From an uncultured Candidatus Saccharibacteria bacterium (lineage in GTDB: Bacteria; Patescibacteriota; Minisyncoccia; Phycocordibacterales; UBA12088): a stretch of DNA of 64,000 bases. Position 1 is the first letter of the stretch, and each line of letters begins with the position of its first letter. The notes beneath the pieces are model-generated. The model was not told the origin of the DNA. It saw only the letters and a program-made list of their open reading frames with translations, and did no database searches. The stretch covers positions 7,880-71,879 of the forward strand of contig CAZHFF010000001.1 of the NCBI GenBank assembly GCA_964531785.1, in the 5' to 3' direction. This document shows positions 9,458 through 17,335 of the stretch, one piece after another. Both the position numbers and the translations under genes were made by a program.

Positions 9458-10066
9458 ATGGCATACCTCATACTCGTCCGCCACGGACATTCCGCATGGA
9501 ACGAGCTCGGGCTTTGGACCGGGCAGACAGATGTTGCACTGACCGAGCGGGGACATGCCGAGGCCGAGCGTGCGGGTCGTGCGGTCAAGGACCTTCCGAT
9601 CCACCACGTTCAGGTCTCGCACCTTTCGAGGACCCATGAGACAGCACGATCGCTCCTCAAGGCTCATGGCACCGAGCATGACCTGGTGCCCCATGCTGCG
9701 CTCAACGAACGGCACTACGGGATCCATACCGGCAAGAACAAGTGGCAGGTGAAAGAGGAGGTCGGTGAATCGATCTTTATGCGCATACGGCGTGGGTGGG
9801 ATGAGCCGATACCGGAAGGTGAGACCCTAAAGGACGTACACGCCCGGGTCGTGCCGCACTATGAGGAGCACGTGCTGCCTCACGTGCGTGCAGGGAAGAA
9901 CGTCCTCCTGGTCTCCCACGGCAACACCCTTCGTGCGCTGGTCAAGCATCTCGATGAACTCGGCGAGGACGAGGTGGCTGAGATCGAGATAGCGACCGGC
10001 GAGGTGCACTGTTACGAGATCGATACGGAAGGTCGTGTACTTGGCAAAGAGGTGCGAAAGGGCTGA
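9458..10066 (+). CDS. gpmA: 2,3-bisphosphoglycerate-dependent phosphoglycerate mutase / histidine phosphatase family
   Basis: LILVRHGHSAWN (RHG motif), LNERHYG, LLVSHGNTLRAL. ATG 9458 lies 7 nt after TACCAT (9445-9450). Confidence 0.8.
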   Translation: MAYLILVRHGHSAWNELGLWTGQTDVALTERGHAEAERAGRAVKDLPIHHVQVSHLSRTHETARSLLKAHGTEHDLVPHAALNERHYGIHTGKNKWQVKEEVGESIFMRIRRGWDEPIPEGETLKDVHARVVPHYEEHVLPHVRAGKNVLLVSHGNTLRALVKHLDELGEDEVAEIEIATGEVHCYEIDTEGRVLGKEVRKG

Positions 10067-10151
10067 GGCCGGTGTAGCACGAACGAAACGCAAGCACCCG
10101 GGTTTGTGCGGGTCCTTTGCATGCGGTGTGGTCCGTAGTACCATTACACAC

Positions 10152-11090
10152 ATGGACAGCGCCCGTGACATGCTGAACTCGTTCTCACTTGAGACCCTGC
10201 CTGACCTTGATGTCGCGGTTGCTGGTGCGCTCGAACTCTTCGCTGACCCGGCCACGGAGCTGCCGAGTCTGCCTAAGAACACCTATGCGCGGCCGCTCGT
10301 CGTAGGTTCCGGGAACGCAGAGGCGACCGGCAGGCTCATGTTCGAAAGGGAAGACGCCGTGTTCGCGTCAGAGAGCAACTACGCACAGAAGCTCTCACAG
10401 ATCATTGATATCGACGGGGTCTACCTCATCTCCGCTTCGGGCGGCAAACACGCGCCGTACATAGCACAGCGCGCGCGTATGCTCGGGAAACCAGTGACGC
10501 TTATCACGGCGAATCCGGACGCACCCGCCCGCGCGTTCGTTGACCCTGACCATGTTTTCGTCTATCCCAAGAACCGTGAACCGTACACCTACAACACGTC
10601 CACCTACCTCGGCATGCTGCTCTCAAGAACGCACGAGGACCCCACTACCATCCTCGCGTACCTCAAGGAACATATCGAAACGCTCGAATTGCCCGGCCTC
10701 AGTGCGTACGATAAGTTCTTTCTGATCGTTCCGCCGCACCTTGCAGGGATCACCCGCATGCTCACGGTAAAGTTCATCGAACTCTTCGGTCGACGGATCG
10801 CGCGCGATGTGGAAACGAGCGAGTACATGAAGCATGCGGTCACGGTGGTGCCGGGCGGGGAACTGTTCATGAGCTTCGGCGTAGAGAACCGTGTGTGGGG
10901 TGAGCCGGGGAACCGAGTCGAGGTGCCGCTCCCCGAGCACGCGGGCTACGGCATGATGCTCGCCGTCGGGTACACGCTCATCGGGAAGATCCAGCGAGCG
11001 CACCCGCCCTACTTCAAGGATAACCTTCTCACCTACACGCAAGCAGCCTCGGAAGCGTTCAACGAGAGCATTCTCCCTATCGTTGAATAG
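10152..11090 (+). CDS. Hypothetical protein, possibly a SIS-like (sugar-phosphate binding) fold
   Basis: PLVVGSGNAEATG..GVYLISASGGKHAPYIAQRARMLGKPVTLITANPDAPA resembles SIS-domain topology, but this is tentative. ATG 10152 lies 7 nt after TACCAT (10139-10144). Confidence 0.55.
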   Translation: MDSARDMLNSFSLETLPDLDVAVAGALELFADPATELPSLPKNTYARPLVVGSGNAEATGRLMFEREDAVFASESNYAQKLSQIIDIDGVYLISASGGKHAPYIAQRARMLGKPVTLITANPDAPARAFVDPDHVFVYPKNREPYTYNTSTYLGMLLSRTHEDPTTILAYLKEHIETLELPGLSAYDKFFLIVPPHLAGITRMLTVKFIELFGRRIARDVETSEYMKHAVTVVPGGELFMSFGVENRVWGEPGNRVEVPLPEHAGYGMMLAVGYTLIGKIQRAHPPYFKDNLLTYTQAASEAFNESILPIVE

Positions 11091-11094
11091 CAGG

Positions 11095-11122
11095 AAGCCG
11101 CGACATCAGTGTGTCGCGGCTT
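11095..11122. terminator. Bidirectional stem-loop between convergent genes
   Basis: AAGCCGCGACA-tcagtg-TGTCGCGGCTT, a perfect 11-bp stem. Confidence 0.6.
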
Positions 11123-11127
11123 GAGGC

Positions 11128-11868
11128 TCATGCCCGCTTTGCCTCGAGGAGCGCTTGTCTGCGCTCCTGCTGGATTTTCACCAGCAGTTTTCGGTACGCT
11201 CGGAGCGGGGCCTCGGCCCAGTACCCGAGGATACCGATCGGAAGACAGGCAAGATCTGCAATGGCCTCGACCAGCGTACCCTCGCGGATCGGGATCCGGA
11301 GGTCGCGCGTGCCGTCGACCATCTTGTAGGTGCTGCCAGGATGCTCCTGGTGCAGCCGGTAGAGCGATTTTGTCATGGCGGTGTTCTCGCAGAGGGCGGT
11401 CGCCTCGAGCTCGACACCAACCCATCGCTCTTTGCACAGCTCGAGTGCAGCTTCGGTGAGTCTACGGGTAAGGCCTTGCCCACGCCATTCCGGCGCGGTC
11501 ACGAACGCAGCTTCGACCACGTCCGTCGGGACCAGCTTGTTGTCCCGAGCACGGACCCTGCCGCACCCGAGCCAGCAGACCGCCGCAATCTCGCCGTGAG
11601 GGGTGAGTGCGGCCAAAACCAGCCAGGTGTGCTTGTGGTTCTGCCGTTCCGCCTTCGCTACATCCCGAACCGGGGCGAAGTAGCGGTAGCGGCGCTCCTC
11701 GAGGTTCTGCAGCGAGTGCTCGACGAAACCCGTGAGCTTTTCGCTCCAGCCGGGGCAACCGCACAGCGTGCGGCCGTTGCACAGACTTCGAATTTCAAGG
11801 GGCTCGCCATTTTTAGCGAAGATCTTTGTTATGAACGTGCCTCCCTGCGCACAGGTTGGTGTGTACAT
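11128..11868 (-). CDS. GNAT-family N-acetyltransferase with a Cys-rich N-terminal extension
   Basis: Acetyl-CoA motif A: FVTAPEWRGQGLTRRLTEAALE. The N-terminus carries C6, C30, C35 and C37 (LCNGRTLCGC). The plus-strand ORF 11155..11907 is the antisense shadow. Confidence 0.6.
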   Translation of the reverse strand: MYTPTCAQGGTFITKIFAKNGEPLEIRSLCNGRTLCGCPGWSEKLTGFVEHSLQNLEERRYRYFAPVRDVAKAERQNHKHTWLVLAALTPHGEIAAVCWLGCGRVRARDNKLVPTDVVEAAFVTAPEWRGQGLTRRLTEAALELCKERWVGVELEATALCENTAMTKSLYRLHQEHPGSTYKMVDGTRDLRIPIREGTLVEAIADLACLPIGILGYWAEAPLRAYRKLLVKIQQERRQALLEAKRA

Positions 11869-11906
11869 CGGGTCGCCCTTTCTTCTTGTTACGCAGGTCA
11901 GCCTTA

Positions 11907-11935
11907 AAATTAGCATATAACAGCATAAATGTCAA
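11907..11935 (-). promoter_or_regulatory. Consensus-like sigma70 promoter for the GNAT gene (TTGACA-17-TAATTT)
   Basis: Minus strand reads TTGACAtttatgctgttatatgcTAATTT, about 40 nt upstream of ATG 11868, inside an AT-rich intergenic region. Confidence 0.5.
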
Positions 11936-11944
11936 TCTCAAGTA

Positions 11945-11972
11945 TTGACAAAATACACTAAAAGCGTACAAT
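11945..11972 (+). promoter_or_regulatory. Consensus-like sigma70 promoter (TTGACA-16-TACAAT) firing toward the nuclease gene at 12204
   Basis: Sequence agtaTTGACAaaatacactaaaagcgTACAATat. This implies a ~225-nt leader. Confidence 0.5.
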
Positions 11973-12064
11973 ATAGGTGTATATCGCGCTGCAAAGATGG
12001 AAAGACCGCTGCTCGCGCAAAGTGAGGACGTGTGACCCGGACCCTGCAGTGGCCACCTATGATC

Positions 12065-12097
12065 AAAAAAGCCGCCGAGCAGCAAATGCCGGCGGCT
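12065..12097 (-). terminator. Intrinsic-terminator-like hairpin oriented for the minus strand
   Basis: Stem AGCCGCCG (12070-12077) / CGGCGGCT (12090-12097). The A6 run at 12065-12070 gives a U-tract only on the minus-strand transcript. Confidence 0.4.
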
Positions 12098-12203
12098 GTT
12101 CGTGTATGCCTGCGCTCCTGTCCTGTACAGGTAACAACCTGTACAATGGTTACGTGCGAACGTTGCTACTGGGAGTAACTCCTTTACCCGCCCTATCACT
12201 CGT

Positions 12204-12983
12204 ATGTCCGACTACCATACTGCCAAACGAACACGGAACCTCTACACGCCCGGTGCCAAGGAGCCGTTCAAGCTCTCGCGGTCGAAGATCGACCTTGCGC
12301 TCGAGTGTCCACGCTGCTTCTATCTCGATCGCCGACTTGGTGTCGGACGGCCGCCGAGCTTTCCGTTTAACCTCAACAATGCGGTCGACGCGCTCTTGAA
12401 ACGGGAGTTCGACCTGCACCGAAGCGCGGGAAGCAAACATCCGCTCCAGGAGCACTACGGGATCGACTGCGTGCCGGTCGTCCATGAAGAGCTTGCTGTA
12501 TGGCGTCATAACTTCACAGGTGTGCAGTACCGCCATGCTCCGACCAACCTATTGGTATATGGGGCGATCGACGATCTCTGGGAGAACGGGAAGGGCGAGT
12601 ACGTCGTCGTTGATTACAAGGCAACGTCAAAAGAGGGGAGCATCGAGGCGCTCGATGCACCCTGGCACAGAGGCTACAAACGCCAGATGGAGGTCTACCA
12701 GTGGCTCTTGCGAAGGCGAGGTCACCAGGTTTCCTCCACCGGGTACTTCGTGTACGCGAACGGCCGGGCAGACGCGGTTGCGTTCGATGCGCGTCTCGAG
12801 TTCGAGGTCACGCTCATACCGTATGAGGGGGACGATGCTTGGGTCGAACGGGCGCTCACGGACATCAAGGCGCTCTTAGAAAGTCACATCGTGCCCAAAG
12901 CAAGCGATGTGTGTGATTACTGTGCGTACGCCACGGCTCGACGTGACGTGCTTACCGCGATCGATCCACGCGGCGACGCCTAA
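12204..12983 (+). CDS. PD-(D/E)XK nuclease, Cas4/AddB-like with a 4-Cys cluster
   Basis: LECPRCFY (N-terminal Cys), GAIDDL..YVVVDYKAT (D..D/ExK), RQMEVYQWLL (QxxxY), C-terminal CDYCAY. Confidence 0.75.
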   Translation: MSDYHTAKRTRNLYTPGAKEPFKLSRSKIDLALECPRCFYLDRRLGVGRPPSFPFNLNNAVDALLKREFDLHRSAGSKHPLQEHYGIDCVPVVHEELAVWRHNFTGVQYRHAPTNLLVYGAIDDLWENGKGEYVVVDYKATSKEGSIEALDAPWHRGYKRQMEVYQWLLRRRGHQVSSTGYFVYANGRADAVAFDARLEFEVTLIPYEGDDAWVERALTDIKALLESHIVPKASDVCDYCAYATARRDVLTAIDPRGDA

Positions 12984-13036
12984 GTGCATGAGCTAATGCA
13001 AACCGGTACGGATGAGGTACAATGGGTACACGACCT

Positions 13037-13687
13037 ATGACCGTGAGCAAGATCGGTATCATCGGCAGTAGCACCGTCGGCCAGACGCTTGCGGCCGGCT
13101 TCTTGGACCGGGGGTATGAGGTCATGGTAGGGAGCCGGAGCGGAACGCTCGCAGCGCTCGTTGACGAAGCGTTCGGGACGGACATTTCGACCGGCACCTT
13201 TGCCGAGGTCGCCGCATGGGCAGAACTCGTTGTGCTCGCGGTAAAGGGGGGCGCGGCGGAAGGGGTCGCGGGTGACCTCGCTGACCTGCTTCGCGGCAAG
13301 GTGGTGATCGACGTGACGAATCCGATCAGCGACGCACCACCCGAGAAAGGCGTCCTCAGGTTCTTCACTAGTCTTGAGCGGTCGCTCGGGGAAATGGTGC
13401 AGGACGCTGCTCCCGACGCGAAGGTGGTCAAAGCGTGGAACAGTGTCGGGCATCGGCACATGGTCGACCCTGACTTCGGTTTGACGCCAACGATGCCTAT
13501 ATGTGGGAACGATGCCGAGGCTCGCGCACTCGTTAGCGAGCTCCTCGCTGAGTTTGGGTGGGAAGCGGAAGATCTGGGAAGCATGACCGCGGCACGTGCG
13601 ATCGAACCGCTCTGCATACTCTGGTGCATACCTGGTTTCTTGCATAACGACTGGGACCACGTATTCAAACTGGTCCGCAGGCCGTGA
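13037..13687 (+). CDS. NADPH-dependent F420 reductase-like / NAD(P)-binding oxidoreductase
   Basis: Rossmann N-terminus KIGIIGSSTVGQTLA, plus VLAVKG, VIDVTNP, VKAWN. The track start 13022 overlaps a TACAAT hexamer (13018-13023), so I prefer ATG 13037. Confidence 0.8.
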   Translation: MTVSKIGIIGSSTVGQTLAAGFLDRGYEVMVGSRSGTLAALVDEAFGTDISTGTFAEVAAWAELVVLAVKGGAAEGVAGDLADLLRGKVVIDVTNPISDAPPEKGVLRFFTSLERSLGEMVQDAAPDAKVVKAWNSVGHRHMVDPDFGLTPTMPICGNDAEARALVSELLAEFGWEAEDLGSMTAARAIEPLCILWCIPGFLHNDWDHVFKLVRRP

Positions 13688-13712
13688 ACATCGGTCCATA
13701 TTCGCGATTCCC

Positions 13713-14144
13713 ATGCAGCACTACGAACGACCCAAAGGTATACCGACCGGCCCGCTCCCGCCGGGTGCGGATGAGCTGTTGCGCCAGGAAGAGCTGCGCG
13801 AACGGTTGCATCGCCAGTACCCCCATCACAGCGACCCGGCTGTCGAAGCTCTCTATCAGAAGGCGCACGCACGAACCGAGACGGAGCGCCCGGCGGAAGA
13901 TCTGGTCCCGCCTCTGTTGCACGCATGTACCACGTACAAGCAGATCATGTATTGGGCGCTCAAGCATTACGACCGCGATCATCCGAGCAGGACGGCGCAC
14001 GCGATACAGGGCCGCCTACGGGAGATAGGTGATCGGAGCGATGCGGAAGGCTTGACCACGGAGGAGGTGCGGTTCCTCGATCGGTACGCCGGCAGGCGAG
14101 CCCCGGAGACTGATGCCGATTTCAAGAGGCTTCGGCTCCACTAG
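13713..14144 (+). CDS. Hypothetical protein
   Basis: Inner part of track ORF 13596..14144, starting at MQHYERPKGIPTG.. I recognise no family. Confidence 0.45.
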   Translation: MQHYERPKGIPTGPLPPGADELLRQEELRERLHRQYPHHSDPAVEALYQKAHARTETERPAEDLVPPLLHACTTYKQIMYWALKHYDRDHPSRTAHAIQGRLREIGDRSDAEGLTTEEVRFLDRYAGRRAPETDADFKRLRLH

Positions 14145-14158
14145 GTACAACAAGAGAA

Positions 14159-14179
14159 CGGCCCCTCTGGTAGGGGCCG
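14159..14179. terminator. Stem-loop between convergent genes
   Basis: CGGCCCCT-ctggt-AGGGGCCG, a perfect 8-bp GC-rich stem. Confidence 0.55.
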
Positions 14180-14185
14180 CTCCGT

Positions 14186-14791
14186 TCACGCGAGCTGTCG
14201 ATCCGACCGGAGGCAGCAGCTCCCGATAGCGACGCTTTGTATGAAAAGCTGTGCCGGTAGCAGTATGCCGCCCGTATCATCGGGATACATCAGGTTGTTC
14301 TGTATGGTGCACAGGCACGCGCAAGCCCAGAGCAACCAGGGAAGCGGTGCTTCGCACAACGGTTCGCGCCGGACCGTTCGAAAGGTCGGCAGGAACGCCA
14401 AGAACGTCGTGCCGTGAACCGTGATATCGCGTGCGGTTTCTCCCGATAGGGTCGATCCGCTCCAGAGCGGTCCGTCACCAAGGAACACCACGACACTCAG
14501 TGCGGTGAACGCCAAGGCCATCAGGTGCCAATCCGAGGCCCGTGGCCGTTCGAGGCGGCAGTGGAACAAAAGCCATGCGAACGTGAACGTGCATAAGCAT
14601 GCGCTCACCATGAACTGTGCCGCGGCGAGGTAGCTTGGGGCGCTCCCGAGGTAGTAGTACAGGTTGACCGACGCGAGCACCGCGCTGGTGCCCCAAGTGG
14701 TTCCGTTCGGACGTGTCCGTCGATTGCAAAGGTACGTAACGAAGGCAGCCGCACTCAAACCCGCGGCCGCCACAGCAAGAGGATCATCCAT
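14186..14791 (-). CDS. Hypothetical polytopic membrane protein
   Basis: Five to six hydrophobic segments (e.g. AVLASVNLYYYLG, FMVSACLCTFTFAWLLF, LMALAFTALSVVVFLG). Start chosen at MDDPLAV (14791). Confidence 0.5.
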   Translation of the reverse strand: MDDPLAVAAAGLSAAAFVTYLCNRRTRPNGTTWGTSAVLASVNLYYYLGSAPSYLAAAQFMVSACLCTFTFAWLLFHCRLERPRASDWHLMALAFTALSVVVFLGDGPLWSGSTLSGETARDITVHGTTFLAFLPTFRTVRREPLCEAPLPWLLWACACLCTIQNNLMYPDDTGGILLPAQLFIQSVAIGSCCLRSDRQLA

Positions 14792-14850
14792 TACGAGCTC
14801 CGTATTAGCCGCTGTGATGACGGCCTGGCGGCGCAATTCTTACGTTTTTA

Positions 14851-15648
14851 CTACGCGAGCCCAAACCCGTCCGGGAGCGGTAGCTCCTCTTCCTCGTGCT
14901 CATGGGGTGCGAGGAATGAGACCGTGAACATCAATCCGATACCACACAAGAGCGCCACGGCATATCGCGTCGGTCTTCCATCCTGCTTCACCTGGCGAAC
15001 GACGCTCGGTACGAGGTCGCGCAGGACGATATAGAGGAAACTACCAGCCGAGAATGCGATGAGCGGGTGCGCCAGCTCCTCTACGGAGACGAGCAGCAGT
15101 GCGAGCACGACGCCGAGCAGGATCGTTGCCGAGGTGAACAGGTTCAACAGGAGCGCCTTTTTTGCGCTGTATCCTGCTTCTCGGTAGACAAAGTACTCCG
15201 AGATCTCTTGCACGAGCTCGTGGAAGAATATCCCAGCCGTGGTCGCAAAACCGACGACCGGTGAGACCAGGAACGCAGGTACCAGGATAAGGCCGTCGTG
15301 CACGTTGTGTACGCTGTCGCCGATAAGAAGACGGCGCGCATCGATGCGGCTGTGCGTATGTTCGGGGTGTGGGCCATGGTGGTGATGTGTCTGGGGAAGC
15401 AGTCTCGTCACGCCCTCAAGTATGAGCACACCGAAGAGGAATGCGACTACCACCTCGAGCGAGAAGCCATCGTGGAGGGCTTCTTCGGTCAGGTGCCAGA
15501 ACACGACGACGAAGACACCGATCGCGAACGCGACAAGGATGCGGAGCCGCGGCTCTACCCAACCGGCGAGGTAGCGCGCAGTGAACAAGACGCCAGCAAG
15601 CGATGCCAGCATGATGGCTATGGCCGCGAGCGTTACATAGACGAGCAT
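14851..15648 (-). CDS. ZIP family metal (zinc) transporter
   Basis: His-rich loop HHHHGPHPEHTH. Metal-site motifs HNVHDGL and FFHELVQEISEY. About 8 TM segments. Confidence 0.9.
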   Translation of the reverse strand: MLVYVTLAAIAIMLASLAGVLFTARYLAGWVEPRLRILVAFAIGVFVVVFWHLTEEALHDGFSLEVVVAFLFGVLILEGVTRLLPQTHHHHGPHPEHTHSRIDARRLLIGDSVHNVHDGLILVPAFLVSPVVGFATTAGIFFHELVQEISEYFVYREAGYSAKKALLLNLFTSATILLGVVLALLLVSVEELAHPLIAFSAGSFLYIVLRDLVPSVVRQVKQDGRPTRYAVALLCGIGLMFTVSFLAPHEHEEEELPLPDGFGLA

Positions 15649-15657
15649 AGGTTCATA

Positions 15658-15674
15658 AATTATTGCAAATAATT
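15658..15674. promoter_or_regulatory. Putative Fur/Zur-type operator, a 7-3-7 inverted repeat in the ZIP/fur divergent intergenic region
   Basis: AATTATT-gca-AATAATT is a perfect inverted repeat. It overlaps the TAATTT -10-like hexamer of the ZIP gene (15657-15662, minus strand) and lies 11 nt upstream of TACTAT (15686-15691) of the regulator gene. Confidence 0.55.
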
Positions 15675-15699
15675 CTTATCTACGATACTATCACGTCAT

Positions 15700-16164
15700 A
15701 TGGAAAAGGCAAGGGACCGTACGTGTCGGTCGGAACGTTCGGTGAGCGACCACCAGGCGAGTCTTCGGAGCGCCGGTCTTCGGGCGACCGCACAGCGTGT
15801 CGACATCCTCACAGCCCTCGAACACGCTGGTAGACCGCTCTCGCTCGAGCAGGTGCATGCGCGACTCCCGGGTCGGGTCGACCTATCGACCCTCTATCGG
15901 AACATGCGCGAGTTCTCGGAGGCGGGGTTGGTGCGGAGCGTCGACCTGCGGCATGGACATGCACACTATGAGCTTGTGCAGGGTGAGGAGCATCACCATC
16001 TAATATGCACGAGCTGTGGCCATGTCGAGGCGTTCACCCTACCGCTCTGCGACGACCTCGAACGTGTCGTGCTCAGGCGCGCGGTCTCGTTCGATTCGGT
16101 CATGGATCATGCGCTTGAGCTCTACGGTACGTGCGTGTCCTGTGCGGGTGGTGTGCAGCGTTAG
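15700..16164 (+). CDS. Fur family transcriptional regulator (likely Zur)
   Basis: LRATAQRVDILTAL..LSTLYRNMREFSEAGLV (winged helix), HHHLICTSCG and C-terminal CVSC (two CxxC pairs). Divergent from the ZIP transporter. Confidence 0.85.
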   Translation: MEKARDRTCRSERSVSDHQASLRSAGLRATAQRVDILTALEHAGRPLSLEQVHARLPGRVDLSTLYRNMREFSEAGLVRSVDLRHGHAHYELVQGEEHHHLICTSCGHVEAFTLPLCDDLERVVLRRAVSFDSVMDHALELYGTCVSCAGGVQR

Positions 16165-16177
16165 TAGTGCGTTCTGT

Positions 16178-16183
16178 TATACT
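16178..16183 (+). promoter_or_regulatory. -10-like hexamer TATACT 6 nt upstream of ATG 16190 (leaderless-type)
   Basis: Sequence ttcTGTTATACTggctgcATG. Confidence 0.45.
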
Positions 16184-16189
16184 GGCTGC

Positions 16190-17314
16190 ATGCGACCGCT
16201 CTTCCTGGTGCTCGTGGTCCTCGGCATGTCGTGCGGCTCTAGTGCGCCCGTGCTCCACGCACAGGAGCTCTATGACGATGTTGCAGAGACCGTGCGCGCG
16301 GTCGTGGTCTCGGTCGAGGGGACCGAGGAGCGGCTCATACCGGGTACTGACACGCCCCACCGCTATCAGACGATCCGCGCACGGGTCGAGACCGGAAGCC
16401 AAGCAGGGGCGCTCGTGACGATCGAGAACGATTTTCTGGAGCTTGCGCCGGGTGACCGGTTCCTCGCCATCCGTCATGAGGATGTCGGTGGGTTCGAGAC
16501 CTATTCGGTGCAGGATGTCGATCGACGTTCTTCACTCGTCCTTTTGCTGTTCCTGTTCGTATTCGTCGTGATCCTGTTCGGCGGCTGGTACGGGGCACGA
16601 TCGCTCCTTTCGCTCATTGGTTCGCTGCTGGTCCTGGCGTATGTGCTCGTGCCCGGTATACTCGGCGGCTGGGATCCGCTCTTTGCTTCGTTCGTGATCG
16701 CATCGCTCATCCTTATTGGCGTGCTGTTCCTTACCCACGGGGTGAATCGTGAATCGGTGATAGCGGTCGGCGGTACGATACTTGCCGTCCTGCTCACCCT
16801 CATCATCGCTGCCTGGGCCGTATCGTTCACGAGTCTCTCCGGGTATGCGGCGAGCGAGAGCGTCTATCTCAACTTCAATACGCGAGGTACGCTTGATCTC
16901 GTCGGGCTCTTGATCGGCGGGATCGTGATCGGTGCGCTCGGTGTGCTCGATGACGTTGCGATCACCCAAGTTTCGGTCGTGCGCGAGCTCCTTGTTGGTA
17001 CCAGGTACACGCGACGTGAGGTGTTCTTCCATGCGATGCGCGTGGGGCGCGAGCATGTCGGCGCGGTCGTGAACACGCTCGCGCTCGCGTATATGGGCGT
17101 TTCGCTTCCGCTCGTGCTCCTTATGCACCTGTCCCCGACCTCGACCGATCTACTGTTCAACATGGAGGTGTTCGCGACCGAGATCGTGCGTACTGTCGTC
17201 GGGTCGATCGGTATCGTGGCTACCGTACCGCTCGTGACGCTCCTCGCGGCCAGGTACCTGGTGCGTCAGGCAGCTACCCAAGAGCCCGGCAGTGTGGCAC
17301 ACTACCACTGTTAG
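16190..17314 (+). CDS. YibE/F-like membrane protein
   Basis: Signal/TM MRPLFLVLVVLGM, a soluble N-terminal domain, then 6-7 TM segments with GALGVLDDVAITQVSVV and VVNTLALAYMGVSLPL, as in the YibE/F family. Confidence 0.75.
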   Translation: MRPLFLVLVVLGMSCGSSAPVLHAQELYDDVAETVRAVVVSVEGTEERLIPGTDTPHRYQTIRARVETGSQAGALVTIENDFLELAPGDRFLAIRHEDVGGFETYSVQDVDRRSSLVLLLFLFVFVVILFGGWYGARSLLSLIGSLLVLAYVLVPGILGGWDPLFASFVIASLILIGVLFLTHGVNRESVIAVGGTILAVLLTLIIAAWAVSFTSLSGYAASESVYLNFNTRGTLDLVGLLIGGIVIGALGVLDDVAITQVSVVRELLVGTRYTRREVFFHAMRVGREHVGAVVNTLALAYMGVSLPLVLLMHLSPTSTDLLFNMEVFATEIVRTVVGSIGIVATVPLVTLLAARYLVRQAATQEPGSVAHYHC

Positions 17315-17335
17315 CAGTAAGACCCACTTTGCGCT

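Noticed and set aside
11155-11907. A 250-aa plus-strand ORF overlapping the GNAT gene.
   Set aside because: The minus frame contains the GNAT acetyl-CoA motif and has its own consensus promoter. The plus frame has no motif.
12204-12983. Annotating the PD-(D/E)XK nuclease as CRISPR-associated Cas4.
   Set aside because: The window contains no CRISPR repeats and no other cas genes. I keep the family-level call only.
12952-13926. A 324-aa minus-strand ORF (and 12980..13714) overlapping the F420/NADP-reductase-like gene.
   Set aside because: The plus strand carries a clean Rossmann-fold protein with family motifs. The minus frames are Ser/Arg/Pro/Ala-rich shadows.
16016-16189. Long N-terminal extensions offered by the ORF track: 16016 for YibE/F, 10035 for the SIS-like gene, 34609 for the secreted protein, 56473 for paralog 2, 30449 for the permease, 52075 for the aminotransferase, 1692 for Nudix and 5137 for the small coiled-coil protein.
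   Set aside because: The extensions overlap upstream genes, hairpins or promoters. They would bury signal peptides internally. They are also Arg/Ser/Cys-rich. Internal ATGs are preceded by TANNNT hexamers at leaderless spacing.
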